A DNA stretch of 60,054 nucleotides from Abditibacteriaceae bacterium (lineage in GTDB: Bacteria; Armatimonadota; Abditibacteriia; Abditibacteriales; Abditibacteriaceae). The stretch lies in contig JANPJS010000108.1 in assembly GCA_031425655.1 (NCBI GenBank), positions 1 through 60,054 on the forward strand. The letters run 5' to 3'. Under the pieces are notes generated by a model. The model searched no databases. It had not been told where the DNA came from and saw nothing but the letters and a program-made list of their open reading frames with translations. Positions 37,892-47,395 of this stretch are shown piece by piece. A program made the position numbers and the translations under genes. The number at the start of each line of letters is the position of its first letter. Positions within the stretch are counted from its first letter, which is position 1.

Positions 37892-39064
37892 ATGGATTTC
37901 CCCGGCTCCGCTCTCGAATTGCTTTTCTCTTCCGATTTTTCGTCGGCGACCGCCGCGTCGGGCGCGAACGCGTTGGGCGAAAGTGCGGCGCATAAAACGG
38001 AGTTTGTCGAGGCGCCGTTTTTGATTTTTCGGCTGGGCGCTTCGCTATTTGGCGTGCCGTCGTTGGCCGTGCGCGAGATTCACGCGCTGCCGGCGCTGTC
38101 GCCGTTGCAGGAAACGGCGCCTTTCATCGTGGGCGTGCTTAATTTGCGCGGCACGATTGTGCCGGTCATGGATTTAAGCGCTCGCTTTGGCCATCCTGCC
38201 GCGCCGTATCGCCTGGATGACAGCGTAATCGTGATGAACTGGAGCGGCGCGGATGTGGCGATTATCGTCAACGAAGTGCGCGCGGTGGGGCGCATTGCGG
38301 CATCGCAAATTGAGGCTGCGCCCACGCACGGTCGCCCGCGCGATTTGCCGGCGCCGTTTATCGCCGGCGTGACGCAAATCGAAGGTGCCATCGTGATGCT
38401 GCTGCACTTGCCGCATCTGCTGAACTGGCCGGCGCCGGAAAATTCCAATTCATCCGTGCTGGCGCCGCAAGTTTTAGCGCCACGCTTCGACTTGCAGGAA
38501 TGGACAACAGCCGAGCGCGCGGTTTTGGCAGCACGCGCCGCGCGTCTGCGACTTGTCGCCACAGACGAGGCAGAAAGCAATGGAGAACGTGCGCCGGTCG
38601 CGGTTGTGGCCTTAGGCGGCGAAGAGTTCGGTGTCGAACTCAGTGTGGTGCGCGAATTCGTGTCAATTAACGCCGTGGCCGCTGTGCCGTGCTGTCCGCC
38701 GCATATTCTGGGGCAAATCAACTTGCGCGGCGACATCGTAACGTTAGTTGACGTGCGCCCGACGCTTCGGACATCGCGCACCGCGCCGCCGTATTTTGAT
38801 GGCGTTTCCAGGCAGCGCGGGCCGGTTTCGGTTGTGGTGGTGCAGCACGAAGGCGCGCCCGTCGGCATCGTGATTGACGACGTGCGCGATGTGCTTTATC
38901 TTCGTGAAGACGAGCGGTTGGCGCTGGATGCGAATATTCAGGGCGGAGGGCAAAACGGGCAGTATTTTGCCGGAGGCACACTGCACGAGGGGCGCTTATT
39001 GCCTTTGCTGGATGTGGCGAAGTTGCTGACTGAAGGCGAACTCGAAGTGGACGAGGGCGCGTGA
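37892..39064 (+). CDS. cheW: Tandem CheW-CheW adaptor
   Basis: Two CheW motifs [15 protein letters not shown] and [14 protein letters not shown]. Confidence 0.9.
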   Translation: MDFPGSALELLFSSDFSSATAASGANALGESAAHKTEFVEAPFLIFRLGASLFGVPSLAVREIHALPALSPLQETAPFIVGVLNLRGTIVPVMDLSARFGHPAAPYRLDDSVIVMNWSGADVAIIVNEVRAVGRIAASQIEAAPTHGRPRDLPAPFIAGVTQIEGAIVMLLHLPHLLNWPAPENSNSSVLAPQVLAPRFDLQEWTTAERAVLAARAARLRLVATDEAESNGERAPVAVVALGGEEFGVELSVVREFVSINAVAAVPCCPPHILGQINLRGDIVTLVDVRPTLRTSRTAPPYFDGVSRQRGPVSVVVVQHEGAPVGIVIDDVRDVLYLREDERLALDANIQGGGQNGQYFAGGTLHEGRLLPLLDVAKLLTEGELEVDEGA

Positions 39065-39084
39065 ACATTAAAGGAGAATTGGAT

Positions 39085-40584
39085 ATGGGTGGCTCGAAAG
39101 TGATGAAGGTTAAAACAAAATTGACGTTGCTTGTGGTGCTTTTTACGGTCGCATTCGGCGCATTCTGGGCGCTGTCTTATGCGACTATTGAAGCCGTCAA
39201 AGTCAGCGGGCCGTATTACCGCGAGATTGTGAGCGGCAAAGACCTCATCGCCGATATTCTGCCGCCGCCCGTATACATTATCGAAGCGTTTTTAGTGGCG
39301 CGCCAGATTTCCGACCAGAATTATCGCGCCGAACTGCCGGCTAAAATCAAAAAAATGGAGGCGCTGGAACGGGATTACATCACGCGCCACGCTTTCTGGG
39401 ATAAGGAACTGCCGCGCGATAGCCAATCAGACAAAGATATGCGAATCGCGATGCTCGAAACGTCCTACGAACCTGCCGTGCGCTTCTTCGACACGGTGCG
39501 CAACCGCTTGAAGCCCGCCGTAGAAAAAGGTGACTATAACACCGCAAAAGCGCTGATTTATGGCTCACTGCAAAGCGATTACAACCAGCATCGCATCGCC
39601 ATTGATAGCGTGGTGAAGATGTCCAACGAACGCAACACGCGCGTCGAAAAGGAAGTTACGGATACGATGGCCAAGCGCAGTTTTACGCTGACGGTCATCG
39701 GCTTGGCTATCATTGCGACGGCGCTCATCGGCATCGGCTATTTTCTTAATCGCTCGATTGCCATGGCTTTGCTCGAAACCGCCAGTGCGCTGTCCAGCAC
39801 GTCGTCGGAAATCGCCTCGACTATCGAAGAACACGAGCGGACGGCGATGCATCAAAGCGCCGCCGTGCATCAAACCACGGCGACGATGGACGAACTGGAT
39901 GCTTCCTTTAATCAAACCGCCGAAATGGTAACGACCGCCGCCGATACGGCGCGCCAAGCCGCGCAGATGGCGCAAAACGGCATCCTCACGGTGCAGCAAA
40001 CGCGCGACGGCATGGTCAGCTTGAAAGAAAAAGTCGCCATCATCGCCGAGCAGATTTTGAGCTTGAGCGAACAAACCAGCCAGATTGGTAGCATTACCAG
40101 CTTAGTCAGCGACTTGGCAAATCAAACCAATATGTTGGCCCTAAACGCCGCTGTCGAAGCCGCGCGGGCTGGCGAGCATGGCAAAGGTTTCACGGTTGTG
40201 GCAAGCGAAATTCGCAAATTGGCCGACGAATCGAAAAAATCCGCCGAGCGCATCAACGCTTTGGTTGAAGACATTCAAAAAGCCACCAACTCGACGGTGA
40301 TGGCGACCGAAGAAGGCACCAAAACCGTAGACCAAAGCATTCGCTACGCCGAAGAAACCGTTCATGCTTTCGACAACGTGCGCGCTTCTTGCAACAGCGC
40401 CAGCGATGCCGCGCAGCAAACGCTGCTCAGCGTTCCGCAGCAGGTGACCGCCGTGAAACAAGTGCTGATTTCGATGGATTCGCTCAACACCGGCGCCCGC
40501 GAAACCGCGGATGGCATCGGCCAAACCAAAATCGGCGTCGAAAACCTGCGCGTCACCGCCCTTAAATTGAAAGAAATGATCTAA
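39085..40584 (+). CDS. Methyl-accepting chemotaxis protein
   Basis: Two TMs around a periplasmic domain; [26 protein letters not shown] 39085 with AAGGAG SD. Confidence 0.93.
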   Translation: MGGSKVMKVKTKLTLLVVLFTVAFGAFWALSYATIEAVKVSGPYYREIVSGKDLIADILPPPVYIIEAFLVARQISDQNYRAELPAKIKKMEALERDYITRHAFWDKELPRDSQSDKDMRIAMLETSYEPAVRFFDTVRNRLKPAVEKGDYNTAKALIYGSLQSDYNQHRIAIDSVVKMSNERNTRVEKEVTDTMAKRSFTLTVIGLAIIATALIGIGYFLNRSIAMALLETASALSSTSSEIASTIEEHERTAMHQSAAVHQTTATMDELDASFNQTAEMVTTAADTARQAAQMAQNGILTVQQTRDGMVSLKEKVAIIAEQILSLSEQTSQIGSITSLVSDLANQTNMLALNAAVEAARAGEHGKGFTVVASEIRKLADESKKSAERINALVEDIQKATNSTVMATEEGTKTVDQSIRYAEETVHAFDNVRASCNSASDAAQQTLLSVPQQVTAVKQVLISMDSLNTGARETADGIGQTKIGVENLRVTALKLKEMI

Positions 40585-40589
40585 ACGGC

Positions 40590-40669
40590 AGTTTTGAGTT
40601 TTAAATTTTGAGTTTTGAGTTGAATTCAAAACTTAAAACTTAAAACTCAAAACTCAAAACTCAAAACTC
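40590..40669. repeat. Inverted heptamer tandem repeat (AGTTTTG / CAAAACT)
   Basis: About 5 units then about 6 reverse units filling the MCP-cheA spacer. Confidence 0.88.
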
Positions 40670-40671
40670 TG

Positions 40672-43116
40672 ATGATTGAAGACGACGAGCTGCGCGAACT
40701 TTTTCAAACCGAAAGCGAAGAGCATTTGCAAATGCTCGACGATGGTTTGCTGCGTCTCGAAACCAACCCCAACGATAAATCCACGCTCGAAGAAGTCTTC
40801 CGTGCCGCGCACAGCCTCAAAGGCACGGCGCGGATGCTGGGCGTAACGGACGTGGAAACCATCGCGCACCACATGGAAGAAGAGTTGGGCAGCGTGCGGC
40901 GCGGGCGCGGCGTTCTGACTTCGGCTCATATTGATCGCCATTCGGTCGGACTGGCCGCGATGCGCCGATTGGTGCAGGAAGCGGTTAGCGGCACCGACGC
41001 CGGTGTTGATGTCACGCGCGTCCTGGGCCAACTCAGCGGCGAAATTCCGCTCGAAATCGTGCCCGCCGGCGCGCCTGTGGAAGTGGCGACCACTTCTCCG
41101 CCGATGATCGCGCCGCAAATTTCCGTGCCGCAAATGAGTGCGCCGCCGGTGATGGTCGCATTAGAAGCGCCGGCCATCGCGCCTGAATTGCATCATGAAG
41201 CGCATACGGAGCCGGAAGTTACTGCGTTTGCGCCCATTGATTTTGGGTCGGCGGGCGCCGAGTTGGCGAAACGCGAAAGCGCGCCGTTGGCCGTTGCATC
41301 TCCGCCTGAAACTGAAATCGAAGAAACGCAGGAAAACGCCATCGAAGTCGCCGACGATGCGCCGCGCGATGACTTTAAGATTCAAACCATGCGCGTGCCG
41401 CCCGCCAAATTGGACGCGCTGATGACCTTAGCCAGCGAATTAACCGTTACCACCACGCGCGTGATTCGTGGGCTGGCGGCTTTTGAAGAAATCGGCGCGC
41501 TGTGGGAAGAATGGAACAAAGACATGGCCGGCCAGCGCCCTTTGCGGCAGTCGGCGGACCATGCACGCGGCGACACGACCAAACATTCGGCTGATTTTTA
41601 TGCCCGCGACCAGGCGCGTTTGAACCGCTTAAAAGTGCTGTGGGAGCAGCTTAAAGAAACCACTTACCAGGACGTGACGCGCCTCAATTTCGTGGCCGAT
41701 GAACTCGAAGAAGGCATCCGCAACGTGCGTTTGCTGCCGCTTTCGCAGATTTTTAATTTGTTTCCGCGATTAGTGCGCGATTTGGCGCGCGAGTTGGATA
41801 AAGAGATTTACTTCGTTGTCGAAGGCGGCGAAACCGCCGCCGACAAGCGCATTTTGGAAGAACTCAAAGACCCTTTGATGCATATGCTGCGCAACGCCAT
41901 TGATCACGGCATCGAGTTGCCGCACGAGCGCGAAAAATCCGGCAAAACGCGCGTGGCTTCGATTCGCCTGCGCGCTTATCAAACCGCCAACAACGTCATG
42001 GTCGAATTGCAGGACGACGGGCGCGGGTTGAATATTCCGGCCATCAAAGCCATCGCGCTCAAGCGCCGTTTGCACAGCGAAGACGAATTGGCGGCGATGT
42101 CGCGCGAGCAACTGCATTTGCTGATTTTCGCGCCCGGTTTTTCGACCAGCGCGATGGTAACCGACGTGTCCGGGCGCGGCGTGGGCATGGACGTGGTGCG
42201 CATCAACATCGAGCGCCTCAAAGGCAGCATTCGCGTGCAATCCGAACCCGGAAAAGGCACGACATTTACGATTCGTCTGCCGTCCACTTTAGCCACCACG
42301 CGCGTGCTTTTAGTGACGGTTGCGGGCCGTCCGTATGCGATTCCCGTCGAATGGGTGCAAACCATCGTGCGCGTGACGCGCAGCCAGATTTTCAGCATCG
42401 AAGGCCGCCAGACGATTGTGCTGGACAATCGCGCGCTGCCGATTGTGCGCTTGTCGTCGCTGTTGGAATTGCCGCCCGGCACGCCAAACGACGCCGAGAT
42501 TTATGTGATTTTGGAAGTGGGCGAAGAGCGATTCGGCGTGCAGGTGGACGGTTTGGTGGACGAGCAGGAAGTGATGCTCAAGCCGCTGGGCGCGCTTTTA
42601 AAGCGCGTGCGCAACGTGTCGGGCGTGACGATTTTAGGCGCCGGCGAGATTTGCATGGTGCTGAACGCTCACGATCTGGCCAAAGCCGCTTTGCACCTTG
42701 CGAAGCATCACGCGCCCGCTCTGGCGTTGCCTGAATCTGCCGCAGACGCACCGCGCAAAGTGATTTTGCTGGCCGAAGATTCAATTACCACGCGCACGCA
42801 GGAAAAGCGCATTTTGGAAAGCGCCGGCTACGAAGTCGTGACGGCTGTGGACGGCGCCGATGCCTTTCAAAAGCTGTCTTCGCGCGACTTCGACGCCGTG
42901 GTTTCCGATGTCGAAATGCCCAACATGGACGGCCTGACTTTAGCCGCGCGCATCCGCGAAAATCCGCGCTACACCGAACTGCCGATTGTGCTGGTCACCT
43001 CGCTGGCCAGCGACGACGACAAGCGGCGCGGCATCGAAGTCGGGGCCAACGCTTACATCACCAAAGGCACATTCGAGCAAAAAATTCTGGTGGATACGCT
43101 GCGGAGGCTGGTTTGA
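40672..43116 (+). CDS. cheA: Hybrid CheA kinase with C-terminal receiver (WspE-like)
   Basis: Hpt FRAAHSLKG, RNAIDHGIE, DDGRG, SGRGVGMDVV, CheW domain, REC. Confidence 0.93.
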   Translation: MIEDDELRELFQTESEEHLQMLDDGLLRLETNPNDKSTLEEVFRAAHSLKGTARMLGVTDVETIAHHMEEELGSVRRGRGVLTSAHIDRHSVGLAAMRRLVQEAVSGTDAGVDVTRVLGQLSGEIPLEIVPAGAPVEVATTSPPMIAPQISVPQMSAPPVMVALEAPAIAPELHHEAHTEPEVTAFAPIDFGSAGAELAKRESAPLAVASPPETEIEETQENAIEVADDAPRDDFKIQTMRVPPAKLDALMTLASELTVTTTRVIRGLAAFEEIGALWEEWNKDMAGQRPLRQSADHARGDTTKHSADFYARDQARLNRLKVLWEQLKETTYQDVTRLNFVADELEEGIRNVRLLPLSQIFNLFPRLVRDLARELDKEIYFVVEGGETAADKRILEELKDPLMHMLRNAIDHGIELPHEREKSGKTRVASIRLRAYQTANNVMVELQDDGRGLNIPAIKAIALKRRLHSEDELAAMSREQLHLLIFAPGFSTSAMVTDVSGRGVGMDVVRINIERLKGSIRVQSEPGKGTTFTIRLPSTLATTRVLLVTVAGRPYAIPVEWVQTIVRVTRSQIFSIEGRQTIVLDNRALPIVRLSSLLELPPGTPNDAEIYVILEVGEERFGVQVDGLVDEQEVMLKPLGALLKRVRNVSGVTILGAGEICMVLNAHDLAKAALHLAKHHAPALALPESAADAPRKVILLAEDSITTRTQEKRILESAGYEVVTAVDGADAFQKLSSRDFDAVVSDVEMPNMDGLTLAARIRENPRYTELPIVLVTSLASDDDKRRGIEVGANAYITKGTFEQKILVDTLRRLV

Positions 43117-44258
43117 TGCCCATAAATCCGCTCGCAGGCGCCGCCAAAGGCCCGATTCGCGTCTTTTTAGTGGACGATTCGCCGCTCGCTTTAGTGTTGC
43201 TCAAGCGGATGCTGGCGACTTCGCCCGACATCGAAGTGGTGGGAACGGCGCGCAACGGGCGCGAAGCGCTGGCCTTGTTCGAGCGCGCGCAGCCGCAAGT
43301 TATCTGCACCGATTACCATATGCCGGACATGGACGGGCTGGCCCTGATTCAGGAAACGATGGCCGTCTTTCCGCGCCCGATTTTAGTCATCAGCTCAACC
43401 ATTGATCCCGCCGAGCGCCACAAAGCGTTTCCGCTGCTCGCAGCGGGCGCCGTGGACGTTTTTGCCAAGCCCAACGCCGCCACGCCCTTCGAGCAAGCCG
43501 CCGCCGAATTGGTGCGGAAAATCAAGCTGTTAAGCGGTATCCGGGTCATCACGCGCCGTGTTCCAGCCGCCGTCAATGCGGTTTCCAGTGGCGCGGTTGT
43601 TTCACGCGAGCCATTTCCGGCGCGTTTGCCTGCTGCCGTAGCGACGGTTTTGACTGCGCCCCTTTTGCAGCCGCGCAAGGCCAACTTGATTCGCATCGTC
43701 GCCGTCGGCGCTTCGACGGGCGGTCCGCAAGTGCTTCAAACCATTTTCAGCGGGTTGCCGGCGAACTTTTCTTGTCCCGTCGTGTGCGTGCAACACATCA
43801 GTCAGGGGTTTCTCACTGGGCTTGTGGATTGGCTGGCCGCGCAATGCCGTGTGCGCGTGAAAATCGCCGCCAATGGCGAAGCTGCGGTGCCGGGCACGGT
43901 TTACTTTCCCCAGGAGAACACACATCTCGAAATGGATGGACAAGGGCGCTTAATTCACGCGCTGACGCCGCCGGTTGACGGCCATAAACCGTCCGTGACG
44001 GCGACTTTCGAGTCCGTGGCGCGGCACTACAGGCATTCGGCCTTAGGCGTTTTGCTGACCGGCATGGGCAGCGACGGCGCTTCGGGCTTGGAATCCATCA
44101 TGCGCGCCGGAGGCACCACGCTGGCGCAGGATGAAGCCTCGTGCGTGGTTTTCGGGATGCCCAAACAAGCGATTCAGCGCGGCGCGGCGCATTTCGTGCT
44201 GCCTCCCGATGAAATTACCCGCTCCCTGATTCGCCTGACCGCCGCGCCGCAATTATGA
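43116..44258 (+). CDS. cheB: CheB methylesterase (REC + esterase)
   Basis: GASTGGP, VQHI, HKPSV, LLTGMGSDGA, VFGMP. Confidence 0.93.
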   Translation: MPINPLAGAAKGPIRVFLVDDSPLALVLLKRMLATSPDIEVVGTARNGREALALFERAQPQVICTDYHMPDMDGLALIQETMAVFPRPILVISSTIDPAERHKAFPLLAAGAVDVFAKPNAATPFEQAAAELVRKIKLLSGIRVITRRVPAAVNAVSSGAVVSREPFPARLPAAVATVLTAPLLQPRKANLIRIVAVGASTGGPQVLQTIFSGLPANFSCPVVCVQHISQGFLTGLVDWLAAQCRVRVKIAANGEAAVPGTVYFPQENTHLEMDGQGRLIHALTPPVDGHKPSVTATFESVARHYRHSALGVLLTGMGSDGASGLESIMRAGGTTLAQDEASCVVFGMPKQAIQRGAAHFVLPPDEITRSLIRLTAAPQL

Positions 44259-44279
44259 TCAAATCGAACTGAGCCTGCC

Positions 44280-45443
44280 ATGAATCTTCCCCTTCCTTTA
44301 GCGTTGCGCACTGAAATCGAAGTTTTAATCGTAGACGACAGCCGCGTGCAGTCCAAGCTGCTCAAAGACCTTTTGCTGGGCCGGGGCTACATCGTGCGCT
44401 CTGCTGGCGATGGCCGCGAGGCTCTGGAAATGGTGCGCGAGAAAAAGCCGACCTTAATCATCAGCGATGTGGTGATGCCGGTGATGAACGGCTACGATAT
44501 GTGCTTCGCCTTGAAGCAAGACGAGACGATGCGCGATGTTCCCGTCATTTTGCTCACTTCCTTAGCGGATACCTCAGACATCGTCTTAGGACTGATGGCG
44601 CGGGCCGATTATTATCTGACCAAACCTTACAGCCCCGAATATCTGCTTTCCACCATCACGAGCCTTTTGCTACAGCCGCCGCCTGCGCCGGACGACGAAA
44701 CTCTGCAGCCGCTGGAAGTAAATATCGGCAATACGCAGCACCAAATTACCGCCAATCGGCGCCAGATGCTGAGCCTGCTGCTGTCCACTTACGGCAATTC
44801 CGTCGAGCAAAACCGCGTGCTGCTTCAAGTGCAGCGCGAACTGCGGGCGCTCAACGACCAGCTCCGCGAGCAGTCGCAGCAGATTATCGAGCAGCAACGC
44901 AAATTGGAAGAAGCCAATCTGCAACTGCATTCCTTAGCAACGCACGACGGCCTGACCAAGCTGAAAAACCATCGCGCCTTCAAGGAAAAACTCGACGAAG
45001 AATTAGAGCGTACCGCACGCTACGGCCAGCCGCTTTCACTGCTGCTCTTAGATGTGGACTCCTTCAAGCAATACAACGACAGCTTCGGCCATCCGGCGGG
45101 CGATGAAGTGCTGATTACTCTGGCGCGGTTGCTGCGCGAAAACTCGCGCGGCGCCGATTTCGCGGCACGCTACGGCGGCGAAGAGTTCGCGGTTCTGCTG
45201 CCCAACACCGACAAACAATGGGCGCTTTTCATGGCCGAGCGGCTGCGAACGGCTATCGAAAGCGCACCCTGGCCGCACCGCGCTGTCACGGCCAGTTTTG
45301 GAGCCGCGACCTTTGAAGAAACCACCCATCAACATGATGCCGGGGCGGCCTTAATCAAGGCTGCCGACAAGGCGCTTTACCAATCCAAAAGGACGGGACG
45401 CAACCGCGTCACGCACAGCGACGAGATTGCGGAAAGCAGTTGA
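44280..45443 (+). CDS. REC-GGDEF diguanylate cyclase (WspR-like)
   Basis: Receiver domain, coiled coil, RGAD I-site and RYGGEEF. Confidence 0.92.
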   Translation: MNLPLPLALRTEIEVLIVDDSRVQSKLLKDLLLGRGYIVRSAGDGREALEMVREKKPTLIISDVVMPVMNGYDMCFALKQDETMRDVPVILLTSLADTSDIVLGLMARADYYLTKPYSPEYLLSTITSLLLQPPPAPDDETLQPLEVNIGNTQHQITANRRQMLSLLLSTYGNSVEQNRVLLQVQRELRALNDQLREQSQQIIEQQRKLEEANLQLHSLATHDGLTKLKNHRAFKEKLDEELERTARYGQPLSLLLLDVDSFKQYNDSFGHPAGDEVLITLARLLRENSRGADFAARYGGEEFAVLLPNTDKQWALFMAERLRTAIESAPWPHRAVTASFGAATFEETTHQHDAGAALIKAADKALYQSKRTGRNRVTHSDEIAESS

Positions 45444-45598
45444 GCGCAGAGAATGGTTGAGTTGGGTTTCATGTCGCGCTCCGTTGATGGCAGGAATATT
45501 GTTTGTGGCGACTTCGTTTGTGTCATAATTGCGACAAGTGTTTTCGCTGAAGCCAATCGTCGCTCTGCCCAACACCGGTCTTTGAAGTTGTAGCCGCC

Positions 45599-47245
45599 AT
45601 GTCTGATTCCATTCACCACGACACCCCTATTGCCACGCCTTTTAATCCGCCCAGCCGCGAGCGCGCCGAAGCCGTCGCCGAAGCCATGACTGGCCCAGTG
45701 CCGCTGGGCTTGAAGGTTTTGATCGCCGACGATAGCCCGGTGGTAGCCAAAGTGCTGTCGTCGGTTTTACGACGTGCCGGTTACGAAGTCGTGACCGCCG
45801 CCGACGGCATCGAAGCGGCCCAGGCGGTCTACCGCGAACTGCCGGACGTGGTTCTGCTCGATATTTTCATGCCGCGCATGAACGGCTATCAAGTTTGCCG
45901 CCTGATTAAGCAGGACGAGGCCGTTTCTCACATTCCCGTGCTGATTAATACGGCGTCGGAAGGCCGCAGCGCCGAGTTTTGGAGCCTGCACACCGGCGCC
46001 GACGGCTTCATGCTCAAAGGCCTTTCGCCCGATGAGTTGCTGGGTGCCATCGCGCGCGTAACAAGTGGAAAAACCGGCGCTTCATCTCTTCCCGCCGCTG
46101 AGCGGCAAGCGCCCGGCCCCGAAGAAATTCTTTCCAAAGTCTGCGCTCTGGTGGATCAGGAATTGTATGCCACGACCGTCAAAGGCATGGAACTGGAAAC
46201 CATGCTGGCCAACCTGACCGAAGGCATTCTGACCGTAGATAACGCCGGTTGCATCAGCAGCGCCAACCATTTTTTGTGCAATCTGTTGGGCGTGCAGGAA
46301 GCCGAACTCAAAGGCCGCGAATGCGGCGATGCTTTAGGCGAGATTTTAGGCGATACCACGCGCCAACTCATTGAGCAGGCCTTGAACAGTGAACACCCCA
46401 TATCGCGCGAAAGCGAAGTCGTATCGCGCGAGGACAAGGTCACGCCGGTCGAAATCAGCGCGGTTCCAGTCAACGATTATTTAGGCGAGGTCGTGGGCGC
46501 GATCTGTGTGTTTCAAGACATCACGCGGCGGCGTCAAGTCGAAACGCTCAATCGCTTGAAAAACGACCTGACCGACATGATTGTGCATGATTTACGCACG
46601 CCTCTCACGGCGCTCTTGTCCGGCATTGAAACCGTGGAAATGCTGGGCGATCTGACCGCCGACCAAAGCGAATTGATGAATATTTCCATCGGCGGCGGCC
46701 AGATTTTGCTGGGCATGATCAACGATTTGCTCGACATCTCGAAAATGGAAGACGGCTCGATGCAAATCGAGCGTAAAAGCGTGGAAATCGAAGACTTGAT
46801 GCAGCGTGCCTTTCGTCAGGTGACCGCTTTGGCTCAAGCCAAAGGACTGCATTTAATCAGCGATGGCGGCACCGGCATTCTCGCGTTGAACGCCGACGCG
46901 GATAAGATGCTGCGCACGCTTGTCAACCTGCTTTCCAACGCCATCAAGTTCACGCCGAAAGACGGAACCATCACTTTAGGCACGCGCTTCGTTTCGCGTC
47001 CGGGGAGGCGCGATTCGGTGGTTTTCGCGTGTCAGGACACCGGCGAAGGCATTCCCGAAGACGCTTTCACGCGCATCTTTGAAAAGTTCGGACAAGTCGA
47101 ATCGCGCGCCGCCGGGCGCGTTATGTCCACCGGCTTAGGCCTGACGTTTTGCAAAATGGCCGTCGAAGCGCACGGTGGCCGCATCTGGGTGCAAAGCACG
47201 CTGGGCCGGGGCAGCACCTTTTCCTTCGCCATTCCCGTTTGTTGA
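45599..47245 (+). CDS. REC-PAS-histidine kinase
   Basis: REC, PAS (FQDITRR), HDLRTPL, NAIKF, DTGEGI, GLGL. Confidence 0.92.
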   Translation: MSDSIHHDTPIATPFNPPSRERAEAVAEAMTGPVPLGLKVLIADDSPVVAKVLSSVLRRAGYEVVTAADGIEAAQAVYRELPDVVLLDIFMPRMNGYQVCRLIKQDEAVSHIPVLINTASEGRSAEFWSLHTGADGFMLKGLSPDELLGAIARVTSGKTGASSLPAAERQAPGPEEILSKVCALVDQELYATTVKGMELETMLANLTEGILTVDNAGCISSANHFLCNLLGVQEAELKGRECGDALGEILGDTTRQLIEQALNSEHPISRESEVVSREDKVTPVEISAVPVNDYLGEVVGAICVFQDITRRRQVETLNRLKNDLTDMIVHDLRTPLTALLSGIETVEMLGDLTADQSELMNISIGGGQILLGMINDLLDISKMEDGSMQIERKSVEIEDLMQRAFRQVTALAQAKGLHLISDGGTGILALNADADKMLRTLVNLLSNAIKFTPKDGTITLGTRFVSRPGRRDSVVFACQDTGEGIPEDAFTRIFEKFGQVESRAAGRVMSTGLGLTFCKMAVEAHGGRIWVQSTLGRGSTFSFAIPVC

Positions 47246-47274
47246 AAATTCAGACCTCTTTCATAAGTCATGAA

Positions 47275-47395
47275 ACCCCCACCCAGCCTCCCCCGTTGGG
47301 GAGGAGTTATGCTCCGAACAACCAAATGTGGCTTTCGAGGCGTAGTTCCCCTCCCTCCGCGGGCGTCCTATGGGCAGGTGGTTAGGGAGGGCAAA
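47275..47395. repeat. C-rich/G-rich palindromic repeat related to the interior of the 21591 MITE
   Basis: cccccacccagcctcccc..ggggagga and gtagttcccctccctccg..agggagggcaa shared with about 21620-21720. Confidence 0.7.
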
